NCBI GenBank assembly: GCA_026770705.1
Contig: JANJGN010000041.1
Span: 6,510,001 to 6,574,000, forward strand
Reading direction: 5' to 3'
DNA from: Isurus oxyrinchus
Lineage: Eukaryota
DNA: 64,000 nt
Shown: positions 39,201 to 52,549 of the stretch, piece by piece
Layout of the letters: each line of letters begins with the position of its first letter
Numbering within the stretch: the stretch's first letter is position 1
Notes under the pieces: generated by a model
Seen by the model: only the letters and a program-made list of their open reading frames with translations
The model's database searches: none
What the model was told of the DNA's origin: nothing
Translations under genes and position numbers: made by a program

Positions 39201-39229
39201 GCAGACAGATGGTGCACCAGAATCCTTAT

Positions 39230-39700
39230 ACTAAAATAGGGGTTCACAGTTCTGCTTCAGGCGACAAGCCCTGTGGGGATGGAGGATTGGGTACAGGGGC
39301 AAGGCTGTGATTCCTGGAGGCCCCCAGCCAATGTCCTCTACAAATGCCTCCGATATGTGGCGGTCGTCGGGTACATTTTTCGGGAAAAATTTGCCTTTCC
39401 ATACCTGCTTCTGCCACTTAGCAGTCCACGTCCAAATGGGCGGCCATATAATATGTTGTAAGAATATTCTCCAGGTCACCCTAATGCACCGAAGCCTTAA
39501 CACCAGGGAGAGGGAGGAGAATGCTGCTAATCACTCAGCTTGGCATCACCCGGTCCATCCAATCAAAAACCGCTTCCGGTCTCAGCAGCTCAACAGAGTC
39601 GTGGAAAGGCTGAGCCAGAACAAGGAGAAGTGAAACAATCTGTGACTTTGATTTCAACTCCTCAGTGGTAAAAACGGTGGAAGAAAATGTAGGTCCAGAA
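39230..39700 (-). mobile_element. Tx1/L1-like ORF2 C-terminal fragment
   Basis: AHLDVDC*VAE, resembling the HLL.EC zinc-knuckle region. Confidence 0.4.
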
Positions 39701-40184
39701 TGTGACTCCTCAGTCATCTGAAATCGCACTGAGCCTAACGGACTTCATTCTAGGTACTGAGGGAATGCCACTGACATCAAAGAGATGAAATGCACAATTT
39801 CAGGAAGGTAGGGCATCTCCACATTTTCAAGGGCAATTTGGATCGAACATTAACTTGGCCCATCTAACCACATCCCCGCCACATGAAAGGATATATTTGA
39901 AAATATGATTGTGAACAAACATTCAGCACAACTAAATGTAGGAATCATCCAGTGATTTCAGCCTTTGTGGAGAACAGAGTCAAGCGCCTTAAGGAGAAGG
40001 AAAGGCGGGCAAGGTTAGTTTATTCCCCCTGAATGTACTTTTTATGCAGAAATTGGCAATCGATTGTGCAAGTATAGACCTGATCTAATCTCACTCGTGA
40101 TATCACACTGACATTTTTTGCAGCGGACTCACTTGTCGAAGGGCCGGGAAAAATAATCATCAAGATAGTTATACGGACTGACCA

Positions 40185-40268
40185 AAAGACAGACAGACAG
40201 ACACATAGATGCACAGACAGACAAACATTCCAATGGATAGACTGATTAGAACAGAAAGTTTCATGCGG

Positions 40269-40300
<32 letters not shown>

Positions 40301-40420
40301 ACGAGCAACAAATTGAGCTTGCGAGTGAAAAAGCAAGGGAATGTGAGACCGAGATGGATGGATAGATAGATATATATGGAGTTGGATAGATAGTTAGATG
40401 GATGGATAGATAGATTGAAA
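40185..40420. repeat. Compound microsatellite (GACA)n/(GA)n/(GATA,GATG)n
   Basis: Directly visible. Confidence 0.9.
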
Positions 40421-41179
40421 GATAAGAACATGAAGGGCTGAAATATAAGTCCTTCTTGCAACAAATAACCCCTGTGGATCATTGACAAAGACGACCTTGA
40501 AGCAAAAAAGGTGATTGTGATTTTAAAAAAACACAAAAACGCAATGAATGTATACGTACGAATATTGAACACGAATAAAATTGGGAATTTTGCCTGACAA
40601 ATCCCCCTTAATATCAAATCAGATATGACGTCCAGGAATTCGGTCTCTGACATTCGAACCTAGTAGCAAATAAAACAATTTGAAGGATAGCAATTGCCTC
40701 GTGACCTTTATCATTTATGTTCATCAGTAAAGCGATTGCTATTTTTTCTACAAGAACAGGCCGACGTCTGGGAACACTGTTTAACTCAACTCATCACTCC
40801 CCAAAATATGTGCAGTATCTGCAAGGGACAATTGTGGAATGCGTTAGGTTGGAAACATGGGCTGGCCAAATGGAGTTGGGGGTTGGTGGGTGGGGGTGCT
40901 GGGTTTTGCGGGTGATGCTGCTGGGAGGGGTCCTTGTACAATTGGTGTGAAGGGAAAGGGAATTCGACCAGTGGATTGCCCAATGCAAGTTTGCTTATTC
41001 TGAGTACTATGATGTCTAATCAGTGAGAGGAACCTTCATGTTGTAAATGCCAATTCTTCAACAGACAATGATACCATTTGCGACCAGCCCCACGATTCTT
41101 CATTTTCCTTGCTGTCATGCCCCTCCAAACGCTGAAAACCTGAAGTAGCAGTGGACAATGCTGCACACGAACTCTGTTT

Positions 41180-42014
41180 CAGTTATTTTAATCATATCCG
41201 AGTACATTCTTCAAATGCAATCGCAACATATTCGGTAACATAATATACATGCAGATCATTGTGCATAACTGAGGAGCTCCAGAAGGATGTCAATAACTTG
41301 GCTAAATTGTCTGCATGCGTTAAACTGGACAACACATCCAACATCTGCTACCACAGAGAATAAACCATAAATGCTGACAATAACTAGCTGCATTTTATTG
41401 AGAGGACAAAAAATTAAATGTTGCATTCCCTTCGATTTTCCATCTCCCTGAAAGCCCGGAGTCTCCTGCAGCTTCTGCTGGTCAGTAACCTGTGCCTGAC
41501 AGTGAAACCACTGACCAGCAGAAGCAGGACAAGTGTTCTCTCCCTGGTTAGAATGTGATTGAGGAACTCGATTATTCTCCAGGACAGAGATTGCGGGTCA
41601 TTTATTGCCTCATCACAGAGCGGGTTTTTATTGGTAGCCAATACTCATTTGCCAACAATAAATATCAGGAAAGGTTCCTAGAACAGCCCAAAAAATTTGA
41701 GTATGACCTGAAGCTTAGCCGCTGTTTGTCCAGCACAATACTTACATTTCAGATTTTGCCAACAAAAGGCTACAAAGCTTTCAATGGGTGCGAGTGACTG
41801 TGAACCAGTCAGAAAAGTCAGTGGCTGATAGCGTTGGCATTACACACGGGGTTGGAGTTCAAGAAACGAAACTCTTTTTAGAAAACAATCAGAAAGTGTC
41901 GAAATGTCAGGCTGAGGAAAGCAGGTTTGCCACTGTCATAGTCACCACTTGCTGAGTGTCACATTTGGAGAGACCACACTTCCTGCAAATGTGTCCGAAT
42001 CATCACTATGTTAG
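41180..42014 (-). pseudogene. GPR139-like pseudogene 4 (exon 2 only)
   Basis: Acceptor cttacgctcAG|CT-AAC. Fragments RKCGLSKCDTQQVVTMTVANLL and WRIIEFLNHILT...GFTVRHRLLTSRSCRRLRA...EMENRR. Frameshifts and deletions; exon 1 not found. Confidence 0.85.
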
Positions 42015-42999
42015 CTGAGCGTAAGGGGACTATACAATACCAAACTTACAAGCTTCAGTCAGGACTTACTGAATATTTCAGAATCATTCTATCTTACTGA
42101 TCAGATGGTTAATGATACGCGGGAAGGCACAAAGAATTAATGGAAATTATTGGAGAAGCAAAGACGCTTTGAGGGAGGAAGTCAGAAGTTATGGGGTAAG
42201 CAGGGATTTTCGCTTGGGATGGCTGAGGGAGGAGCTAGTGTTCATGGGGGAAGCTGAGGCTATTGAGGCAAAACTTTTCACGAGCGAAGATATGTGTTGA
42301 TGGATGTACCCGGGCAGTCAGCCTAAGAATGACGGTGTGGACAAAAGTAAAGCAGGGTTGAAGGGGGAAAATTGCATACGGTGAGACATCATGGAGGAAT
42401 GGGGAAATTAGGGTTGATGGTGTGAACAGGAGTATTACGGAGAGCTAGGGTGCCATGGGAGTTTTGGGAGACGCGTTGTAGTGGTGTCACTGATTGAGGA
42501 AAAGCTGGTGTAACATGGGGGGAGAAGATCTAATGTTGTTTGAGTGCAGGATGGGACGGGAGCGCGGTAAGGCAGAGTTCTTGGCAGAGCAATGCTTTAA
42601 GGGTCTGTTCTCCCGAGCAGCCTCTCAATATGATAGGAGCCACCCGCAATAAAAACAAAGAATGATTTTACATACGTCCTGAGCAATCAGCTCAACATCT
42701 TGATGGAAGATTTGCTTGCACATGATACAACTCCTCGCTTTTTTTCTTAGGTGAGCTCAACAGCATATTTGCATCATTGCAGGCTGCAGAGAGGTTACAT
42801 TCAGAGATTTCACCACTACAAGCACTGCAAGGTACGGGCCACGAACACTCTTTTTCTCTCCATGGTATCTGTCAGGCCTGGCATGTACATCCACAACAGC
42901 CAGAAGTCATATTGAATTAAATATAACGTTTAGAGGTGTTTTGGTTAATCATTATCAAACAAAGTATGAAAAAATTGTGCAAGCACGCTATTTCTAGCG

Positions 43000-44292
43000 G
43001 TGAGATGAGTACGAGTGCTCTTGACATAAAGGCAGCATTTGACCGAGTGTGGCATCAAGGAGCCGGAACAAAAATGGGGCCAACTGGAAACTCACCTTAG
43101 GCGCAAAGGAAGAGGGCACACTGCAGGATTTCCTCAGGTTAATTCCCGAGTGCCAACCAGCGTCTGTTGCTTCATCAATGTGTATCCATCTATCATATGG
43201 TCAGAAGTGGGGATGTTCAATGATGTTTGCACAATGTTCAGGAGCATTTGCGATTCCTCAGGTAATGAAGCAGCCCAGGTTCAAATGCAGCACGAACTGG
43301 TCAGGACGTTGCGGCCTCTCCCAACCGGCGGGGCATTACGTGCCTGCCGCACTTGTAGTGAATAACATAGCTCTTCTCATCCTCCAAGGAGTGTGGTGAT
43401 GGGCGTGGAGTGTGGGTTGGATGGTTAGTCGCGAGAAACACCGTGTCAGGAAAAACAAATAATGGCTCTGGAAAATATGCAGCCTGTCGCTGAATAGCTG
43501 CAAGGAAAAACTACTTCATAAAAGTGCCTGGCAATGACAATTTACAGCAAGAGAGAATCTAACCATTGTCCCTGACTAACAAAGGCATCACCATCACCAT
43601 CAATAGCAACATCCAGGAGGCCACCATTTACCAGAAACTGATCTGGACTAGTCTCACATTTACTGTGGCTACAAAAGCAGATCAGAAGCCAGGAATCACC
43701 CGGGGAATTACTTATTTCCTGATTCGCCAAAGGGTGTCCACTACCTATAAGGCACAAGTCAGGAGTTGGACTGAATACTCTCCACTGTCAAAGATGAAGG
43801 CAGCTCCAAAATCACTCCAGCAACTCCTCACAATCCAGGACAAAACAGCCCCCTTGATTATGATACCAAACCAAACATACACTCCCTCTACCAACGATGC
43901 ACAGCAGGAGTGTGTACCATCTATAAGATGCATTGCACCAAATCACGAAGACCTCTTCGGCTGCACCTTCTAATTCTGCGGCCAATTCCCTGTCGAAGGG
44001 CAAGGTCAGCAGATGGATGGGAACAAGACAATATTTAATCTCCTCCCCAAGACACGGACCATCCAAGTTTGGAAAGACAACGGTGTTCCCTAACTGTCGC
44101 TGGGTCAATATCCTTTGATACGACAATACCTCCCTCTACCACCACCTAACCACACTGTGGGTGTAGGTATACCACAGAGACCAGAACTTTTCAATCGGCT
44201 GCTCACCACCACCTTCACAAGGGCAACTAGGGATGGGCAATACATTTCCGCCAGCCATCAAGGCCTCCATCCCATGAATGAATAAAAAAAAA
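43000..44292 (+). mobile_element. LINE family A, RT to complete 3' end with short A tail
   Basis: ALDIKAAFDRVWHQG, SEVGMFNDVCT and VATKADQKPGI...STTYKAQVRS.TEYSPL. Ends gggcaactagggatgggcaata...catcccatgaatgaataaaaaaaa. An unrelated insert is likely at ~43300-43480. Confidence 0.9.
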
Positions 44293-47200
44293 CCCCTCAA
44301 ATGATGATTTATTGGCCCATATGATAAACTGGGTTGCAAAAAGCCTGGTTCAGGAGGCTCCAAACTAATCGAATCAATTGTCTCGCACAGGACTGGGAGC
44401 AATGCCCTCATCGGGAGAGATCAGGTCAGTTGGTGGAACTCAAAGTGGCTGGTGAGTGGATGCTGACGATGGTCCACTGTAGACAAGGCTGAACCTTGAC
44501 ACAAAACCGCAACTTAGCATGACACATTGCCTTTTGCTAACCGTGATGAAGACACTGCCTCGTAAAACATCGCCTAAGACAGAGACAGTTCTGCAATAAT
44601 CAATTATGTTGTACCAGGAGCAAGAGATTTCTTAGTCAGGGGCTTCCTCATGAAGTGGGGGACATGGGCTGGGGAGTTTTTCCATTATTCTTTCGGGGGA
44701 ACGAGAAAATGGGGCGAGGCCAAACAGCACCAGCTAAAGAGGGAGACAGGGGCAACAGGGTGATTTGGTGCCTTCACTCCCCTCCCCCACTTACCCTGAG
44801 GCAGACGCTCCGGAAAAGCTAGACCCCCGTCGGAAAAGGCGCTTTATTAAAAAATCGCCCAGGTAGCAGCTCCCTTCAAACGTTGGTTAAAAGCTACCCG
44901 TATTATTTTACGATTGAACCCAGTGATATTTGACACTCAGCAATGGACAGCCTGTCCATTCAAAGCATAACCAGATAGGGTGTCTGTCCATTTCTGTCCC
45001 TGGAATATGCCTGAATAGTTTTCACTGAAATGGAGCTAATTTATACACCACAGCACCCCCTATGGTTGTGACTTCCACGTTCTCACCTCTCCCCAGGGAA
45101 GTAAGCATTGTTGAATTCCCTATGAGTTTTCTTGGCGATTGTCTTCTATTTAAGACCTCCAGATATAAGCATCGTCTCTAGAGCAAACATGCGCTCTGCA
45201 TCCAACTTTTTAAAATCTTTCATAATTTTAAATATATAGATATGAGGAGCCCATTCAGTTCATTCAGCCTTTCTTGTCTCGCTCCTTCTATCTCTATTTC
45301 TTTCACGTAGTTTCCAACACGTGGCGCAGTCACTTCACTGAACACACCTCTTGTGTCCCGGCATGCATACATGATGGCGTGCATGGGGGCAAGCGAGAGT
45401 GTTTTTGGCTTTCACTAGTGACTAATGAATAACATTTGGTCAGACTGATTTGTAATTGACGATGTTCACCGAGTGAACATCTACATTTTAAGCAGGACTC
45501 CAGGTTAGGACTCGTTTTGCCTGAGGCGACATCTTGGGTCAGGCATTTCGAGACAGTGCCTCCTATGGACATCAACTAAAAATAGTGAGTGCAGTGCTCC
45601 TTGAGCATGCTGGACACCTCCTAGATTTCACCGCGGGGAAGGGAGCTCTTGGTTATTGGCATCTTGCAAGGTGTCCCCTTGGAGGTCGAATGGTGGGGGA
45701 GGAAGCAGGATCTGTTTTAGGGAGAAAGTGACAGGAGGGTGAAGTGTCATCAATCACCCCTGCTGCAGTGAGAACCTTTCTTTCTCTGTTATATTTCCTT
45801 TCGAATCCCTCTGAGCTGTTCCTACAGACTGTGCTCCGTCAACCTAAGCAGGAGAGTCACCGGGCAGGCTCATGCTGTATGCCAGCCAGTCCACTACACA
45901 CAGAGAACGTGCAAGGTGCCCACAGATAATCTGAGAAGAATATTGTGCTTAATCGGGAATTGGGTGCAAGTGAGTGCAACTGTTTCCGTGTTAACCGTAA
46001 CTGGCAAGTTTAAATTAATTTCATTGCCAGCCAGGAACAAAAATAGGAAAAATACTTTCAGGGCCAGTTTCAAACCTCACACTGAAGCGCACCGTTCAGT
46101 GTTTTTCAATTCTAATGAGCGGTTTTGTTATGTGGACGCACGGCAATGGACAGCCTGGTTGCTCAACAAACTGACCAGCAATGGGCTGTTGGATCATACC
46201 CTGTGATGATTCATGATTTTCCCATCTACATGCCTTCGTGCCAAGCGATCAGCCTGGATTGCAAATAGCCGCCGGTCAGCCCTGTACCCAGGCAAATTCT
46301 TATCAGACTCATAAGCTTCCGAACACGACACATATGCTTTCAAGTCAGTTGAAGGGCATTTAGCACAGAGCATCCAAACTGCATAGCGCACACACGACCA
46401 GGGTTTTTATCATGCACTGCCATTCCTGAGTGCAGTTTAGACTCCAACCAATGCCCACCTTTGGAATACAACTAAAGACGAACAAAAGTGAGAGACATTA
46501 AGGACCAGGAAGCCATTCAGCCCAACGAGTTCCCACAGCTGCAAGGCAGTGTGGGATCAATGGGAAAAGCGGACATGGGAAGAAGGGGTGGATAATGGAG
46601 AGCCGGGAAGATAGCAAGTTGGGGGTTGTGGTTTTGAGTGGGGTCGTACAAGGGGCCGGAGCAACCGGAGTGGCAGGGAAATTCGGCTGTGCAGTTGTCA
46701 GGGAGGGGGGAGACAAAGTGTCCAATGTAGGTGCAGCTGCAGGACGTTGCCCCCGCTAATCAGTAACTCCAGGGAAAAGGAAACGTTTCTCTGGACTCAC
46801 TGATTAAATCACTGATTCTGAAACAAAGAGCTCAGTTCACGACTTTCAACCGTGTCCCAGGGGATAGCAGTGCAGGAATATTGTATTCCACCGTAGGCAA
46901 ACGCTTAGGAAGGACATACGCTTACCAAACCATTCTGTGGTACTGTTCGGATACTAACCATGGTGCCTTCCTTCTGGGGCATCACATCAGCAAATAGGTA
47001 CCTGGTCCCTGAAATAGTTCCGCTTAATAGATGTTAATTGTCAGAAGAGAATGCTGAGCTAGCTGGTGAGTCATTAGTTGTCCTATAACAACACAGGCTT
47101 ATTCAACGTGCATATCGAAATGGACGTGTAGATACGCAGCTACGTCTGACACAGATCTAGATTGATTAAGCAGTTGAGATTTTGCATCAGATGAGAATTT

Positions 47201-47399
47201 GGGAAAGTGAGGTCAAGACGTGTTTCTTTTCCCACTTACGTCAGCATCCGGTCATTGCACAGTTTTCCTCCTCATCTCCAAAATAGCTGAGTGCAACATT
47301 CTGGGAACGTATCTCTGTAAAGTATTAATTAATTGGTTAATTAAATTGAGCGTCAGTGACAGCAGTGGCAGGCTGGTGGTGGCCATTTTAGCAGAATGT

Positions 47400-50180
47400 A
47401 TGTATCGATGAAATACATTGAGCGGGATTATGATTTGTGGAAATTTTCAGGCATTTCTGGGGAGGCAATGGGGGCAAATGTTGTTTGGACACTTTGCCCC
47501 AGAAGGCAGTCATTCCCCATACGTTAGAGAGAACTTCACACTGGTGAATAGTCAGAAGCTGGACTGTGAGTGCATGTCTGCCGGAGAAGTGGACCCAAAA
47601 CTGAGTCCTCAAGGAGCCTTCGTACATGACCTTTTCAGCAGGTATGACGTGCCTGCAACCTGTGCAAATGGGGAGCACTGCAAGGTAGATGAGCGGACTG
47701 ATCATGACACAATGGTGAGGAATGTGTTTCGAATGAGTGGAACGAAGAGGAATAGTAGTGATAGGCTACAGTGTAGCCATTTTGTGTTCGCTGCAATTGG
47801 AAACATGAGTCCAGGCTGCTGGGTTACCTAAAAGCTATTAGCTTTTCAGAGACCTGCTCAGGCTGGAGAGGAGCTTCATATTGTAGGGACAGGATTCACT
47901 GTGTAGTTGACCATGTGAGTACAAAAAGCACTGGAACAACTAGGAAGTAATTTCTGCATAGCGATTGGGGGAGAAAGGCACGAGGTTAAACAGCAGAAAA
48001 AAACGATAGCAATTTATGCCTATGACCGGTGTGATATAAAAATTGGTGTAACGTGAATGCCCTTAGGAAGATGAATACGTGTCTCAAAGAATAATGTAGG
48101 AGAAATTTATGCTGATCTACGTGCACTGGCACCAGTACTATGAAAGCGGGAGTTTTGCCATTAGGGCCGTCTAGACTTTAATCCCCAGATTCCGAGTGGG
48201 ATGCAGTGTAAGGAAGAAGAGATGGTTTCAAAATAACCAGAGGGTAAAGAGATCATCTCGGGCAGTTGGAATAAATAAAATGGAAATAGCAAGAAAATAT
48301 ATCTTTGAAGGTATAAAGGTGTAGGTAATCAGGAAATGGAAGGAAGGAGAAGTAACTGCAAGCTTAGGAGTGTGCTAGCAGGAAGGGGCGGTGTTTGCAA
48401 AAACGGTAATAAAACAATGAATTAATGACTGTAATTTTGAATGGCTGCAACATTTGCATGAAAACAAGTGAATTCTATTCTCAAATATAACTTGATATGG
48501 CTGATCTGATAGACATTGTGGAGACGGGGCTACAAGCAAACCAAAGCAGGGAACTGAATATCCTCGGCCCTGTGACATTCTGGAAGGAGAAGAAGCTGGG
48601 AAAAATTATTTGGGTAGCTTTGGTGATCAAAGAGGGCTTTGGTACTGTGCTGAGAAATGACTGGTGAAAAATGTCAAAATGTAGAATCAGTTTGTGTGCA
48701 AATAAGCGAATGCAGGGAGCAGAAAATATTGCCGTGAGTTGTTTATATTGCACCAACTTGCAGTAATCTAAGAATATCTCATTACATTAGAGATTCTTGT
48801 ATGAAGTACAGAACTCTAACCATGGGGGATATCTCTGTACATACAGAGTTGGTAAAACTAATTGCTTCTAATGTTTTGGGGAACGAGTTATTAGAACAGT
48901 TGGAAGATCGTTTTCTAGAGCAGCACGTTGATCAGCCAAATAGTGCATGTTTTATTTCAGATCAAGTCTTGTGCAACTGAACATTGCACATTGATACTCT
49001 TGATGTAAAGCAGCCGATAGGAAACAGTGAGCATTATATGCTTTAATGTTTCAGTAAGTTTCTATGTGCTGTTTTCCAATCAGAAATAAGGATCTTAATA
49101 TAAACAATGAGCCTGTTTAGGAATTCGGGTGGTCGGGGCGGGTGAGTGATTGGCTATGATAGATTGGAAAAATTTGCTAACGGATGGAGTTGGACAAGCA
49201 ATGGTTAACATTTAAGCAACGAATACATAGTTTACAACGGAAACACATTCCTTTAATGACCAGAAGTCCGACAAGGAAAGTCTTCAAACCGCGGGGGGAG
49301 GGCGGTGGGGGGTACGAGGCCTATATGATAAACAGTAAATCTGAAATGTGGGAGCATTTTAGAATTCTCCTAAGGAGGACCAAGAAAAATAATAAGAAAG
49401 AGAACATACAAGGAGTGAGTAAACCAGCGAGAAATATAAAATAAATCTCTGAAATGCTCCTCTGTGTAAAATAAAGGAAAAAAGATTACCAAAAATAAAT
49501 GTATGTTCAATGGCAAACAGAGTCAGAATAATGTACTTCATGTAGTAAAGAAATGATATATCAAATTAACAAATACTTTGTGTCTATCATCATGGAGAAA
49601 AATACAAAACCATCCCAGAAATGATTGACAAGCAGAGGGCTAGATTAAAAGAGGATCTGCTAGATTTAATTCAAGTGATAAAGAAAGTATTCGGGAAATT
49701 AATGGTGCTTAAAGTGCATAATAACACTGGGCCTAATGATCCTTAAGCAGGAGGGCTGAAGAAAGGTGATGGTCGAGATAGCAGATGCATTGGTGACGAC
49801 CATTCAAAATTCTCAGGAAGCTGTAGAGATTGGAAACTGTCACACGTAACCCTACTATTTAGGAAAGGAGTTAGAGAGTAAATGGAACACGACAGGCCTT
49901 TCATATTTGCACCACTACTAGGAAAGATGCTCGAATCTATAAGAAAGGATGTGATAACTGGATATCTCGATAAAAATGGTTGGATTTAGAAAAGGCAACA
50001 TGGATTTAGGAAAAGGAAATCATGTTTAACCAATCTGATGGTACATGTTGAGTATATAACTACTCAAATAGATAAATGGGAATCGGTTGATGTGGTATCT
50101 TTAGATTGTTTTGTAAGCTTTATATAAAGACACATAAAAAACGGTTAGTAAGCAAAATTAGAGCTCATGGGTTGGCGGCT
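47400..50180 (+). mobile_element. CR1 LINE, decayed ORF1 + endonuclease + start of RT
   Basis: VVDHVST (esterase VVHVGTND-like) near 47905, endonuclease remnants, and RQHGFRKRKSCLTNL at ~49990-50040. Confidence 0.8.
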
Positions 50181-51469
50181 GTCAACAAGCTGTTCAAATT
50201 CTCTCTTACCGTGACCCTACAAATGCCTCCCTTCAGATGATGATCAAATTCTCTTTTGAAAGCCACGATGGAATTTTCCCACCCTCACTATCAGACAATG
50301 CGTCCGAAATTCTAAAGTTTCTCTGTGTAAAATTATTTATATTTCCTCACATTACCATTTTCTTCTTTCCATTGCCAATCTGCTTGCACTGCATTCGATC
50401 TTCCTTCCAGCACCTTCTCTTTCATTCTTTCGTGGTGTCTTTCGTGGTCTCTCTCAGGCTTGAAAACAACTCTGCCTAGATAGGTAAACATTTCATTGTT
50501 CAACCAGTTGTGTTTTGTTAAATATTCAGATCAGTCATTTTTAAACCGTCTGACAGAGGTTGTGCCTCAGATGGAAATGTAACTGAAAGGTGCCAATCAA
50601 AAACCTTGATGTGAAGGAGCCCTTAGGAAAGAGTGAGCATAATATGTAGGAATGTTGCATTAAGTTTCAATGTGCTGTGTTCTAATCAGAGACAATGTTC
50701 TTAAATCAAAACAAAGGGGTGTTAACATATCTGGGCTAGAAGTTCTGGTTGTGATCCCTACTACAGAAGATGTGAGTATTTGGAGGACCATACATGATGA
50801 AGGTCGCACAATTTGATATCAAAACTTCTAAACCTTCCAACGTTTGCACGGTACCTTACAATGTGTGGTTGAGTCGTGGGGGTGGGAAGCATTTTCAGGA
50901 AGATATGAAGCAATGAGACAATCCTACGCAACACACTTCAGCAAGGTGTGAGCAATGAGCTGTTATTCTGAGAGGACATTATACACATTATACTCAGGAT
51001 GCTGTACCCAGATCTTTCAGGCCTTAGGTGCCATCCCGTGGAGAGAAAGCTAAATATTGGGATCCATGATTTTTTTGGAGAGCTCCGCAGACACGATGGA
51101 CCTTGTCATTTCAGGTTGGAGGTAATTAGTGACTGGCCTCCCGGCCTGCACTATTTAAAACTGGGACAGTTGTATAGCACTACTCCTTCGTTTTTATTAA
51201 ATGTTGGACACAGTTAGATCTGGCTGAGTTGAAGAGCTTTGAACTAAACTAAGCTGTTGTTTATTGGAATACATACCTCAGTCTATTGCATCTGCTTGAA
51301 TTAATTTATCATTATTTAATTCATAGCGAGGATTTATTGCCTCGGACTGTTCCTGGGGCAGTTCAGTCGACTACAAATTGCTGTGGTTGTGTATTCACAT
51401 TAGAACAGCATAGCTTAGGACACACTTGTGAACCCAGAAAGAATGGTTGTTCCAAGAATCGACAATGGT

Positions 51470-51625
51470 GCCATGTTCACCATTAAAATTTTAATTCCAG
51501 ATATTCTGTATTTCATTGAATTCATTCATCTGCTGGGGCAGTATTCAAACTCAGGCCACCAGCTCATTACTCTGCCTCGCTAGATCAGTAGCTCAGTGAC
51601 AATGCCACTACACCATCTCCTCCTC
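51470..51625 (-). mobile_element. SINE 5' part (tRNA-like head), inserted in a LINE
   Basis: ggaggagatggtgtagtggcattgtcactg head, as at 59002. Confidence 0.6.
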
Positions 51626-51960
51626 CTGATATACATGCCACGGTTTTTTGGGCAACAGCTGAGCTCCTCGACCTTGCGGCATACCTGCTGTTGATTCTGA
51701 CATTGGCTCCTGCATTCTGCATTGAGCCAAGTATGCACTCTTGATTTGGTGGTTATGGTGGGTTGTGGGATATGCCGGTCCATGATTGGTGATTGTGGTT
51801 GTGACACAGTTCTGCTGCTGCTAATGGCACACAGTGCCTCAAATATGCCCAGTCTAGCGCTGTTAGGTCCGTTCTGAATATAACACATCTGACACAGTGG
51901 GAGTGATGCTCAACACGATGGAATGATTCCTCGATGTGAAGATAACATATATCAGCCCTG
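51626..51960 (-). mobile_element. LINE family A linker between endonuclease and RT
   Basis: AAAEL...MDRHIPQPTITTK...WLNAECRSQCQNQQQ. Confidence 0.75.
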
Positions 51961-52549
51961 CACCAATTCAGTGACAGTACAGGATTGAGTGGTAGAATGG
52001 ACTCCTGTTCCAATGAATATTGCTCAAGAATCACTAATGAAAGACGCAGTCACCTCTCAATTTCACAATCTCTTGGAGCGAGATAGAGAGAGTCTCTCCC
52101 AGCAACAGGAATCCAAATACCAACAACAGAGCTTTCAAAATCTTCTCCTGAGCTCCTGAGAGTCACAAGGAGATACCAGAGCACAGATGGTCTTTATAGG
52201 AACTGAGCGACTGTTCACTACACTACACAATGCGGATTGGCTCCATTTTAAGAGTGATGACAAGGCACTAAAAATCCCAAGCCGGATTGGTGGTAATGAA
52301 CAGGGAGACAGGTCTGTGTAATGATCGAACTGGCGAAGTTTTAATAGAAAACGTCACTGTGTTTGAAGTAAGAATCATTCTAAACAAAATAAAGCCATTT
52401 TGGCCATTGAGCCTCAGTTGGTGCTTTGCCAGAGCTACCAAATTCTGCCAACTCGATATCTTCTCATCCTCCATAGCTCTGTATTTTTTCTCTAATTCAA
52501 TCATTTCAACATTTGCATCATCTTCAATTATCCTTCCAGGATGCACTGC

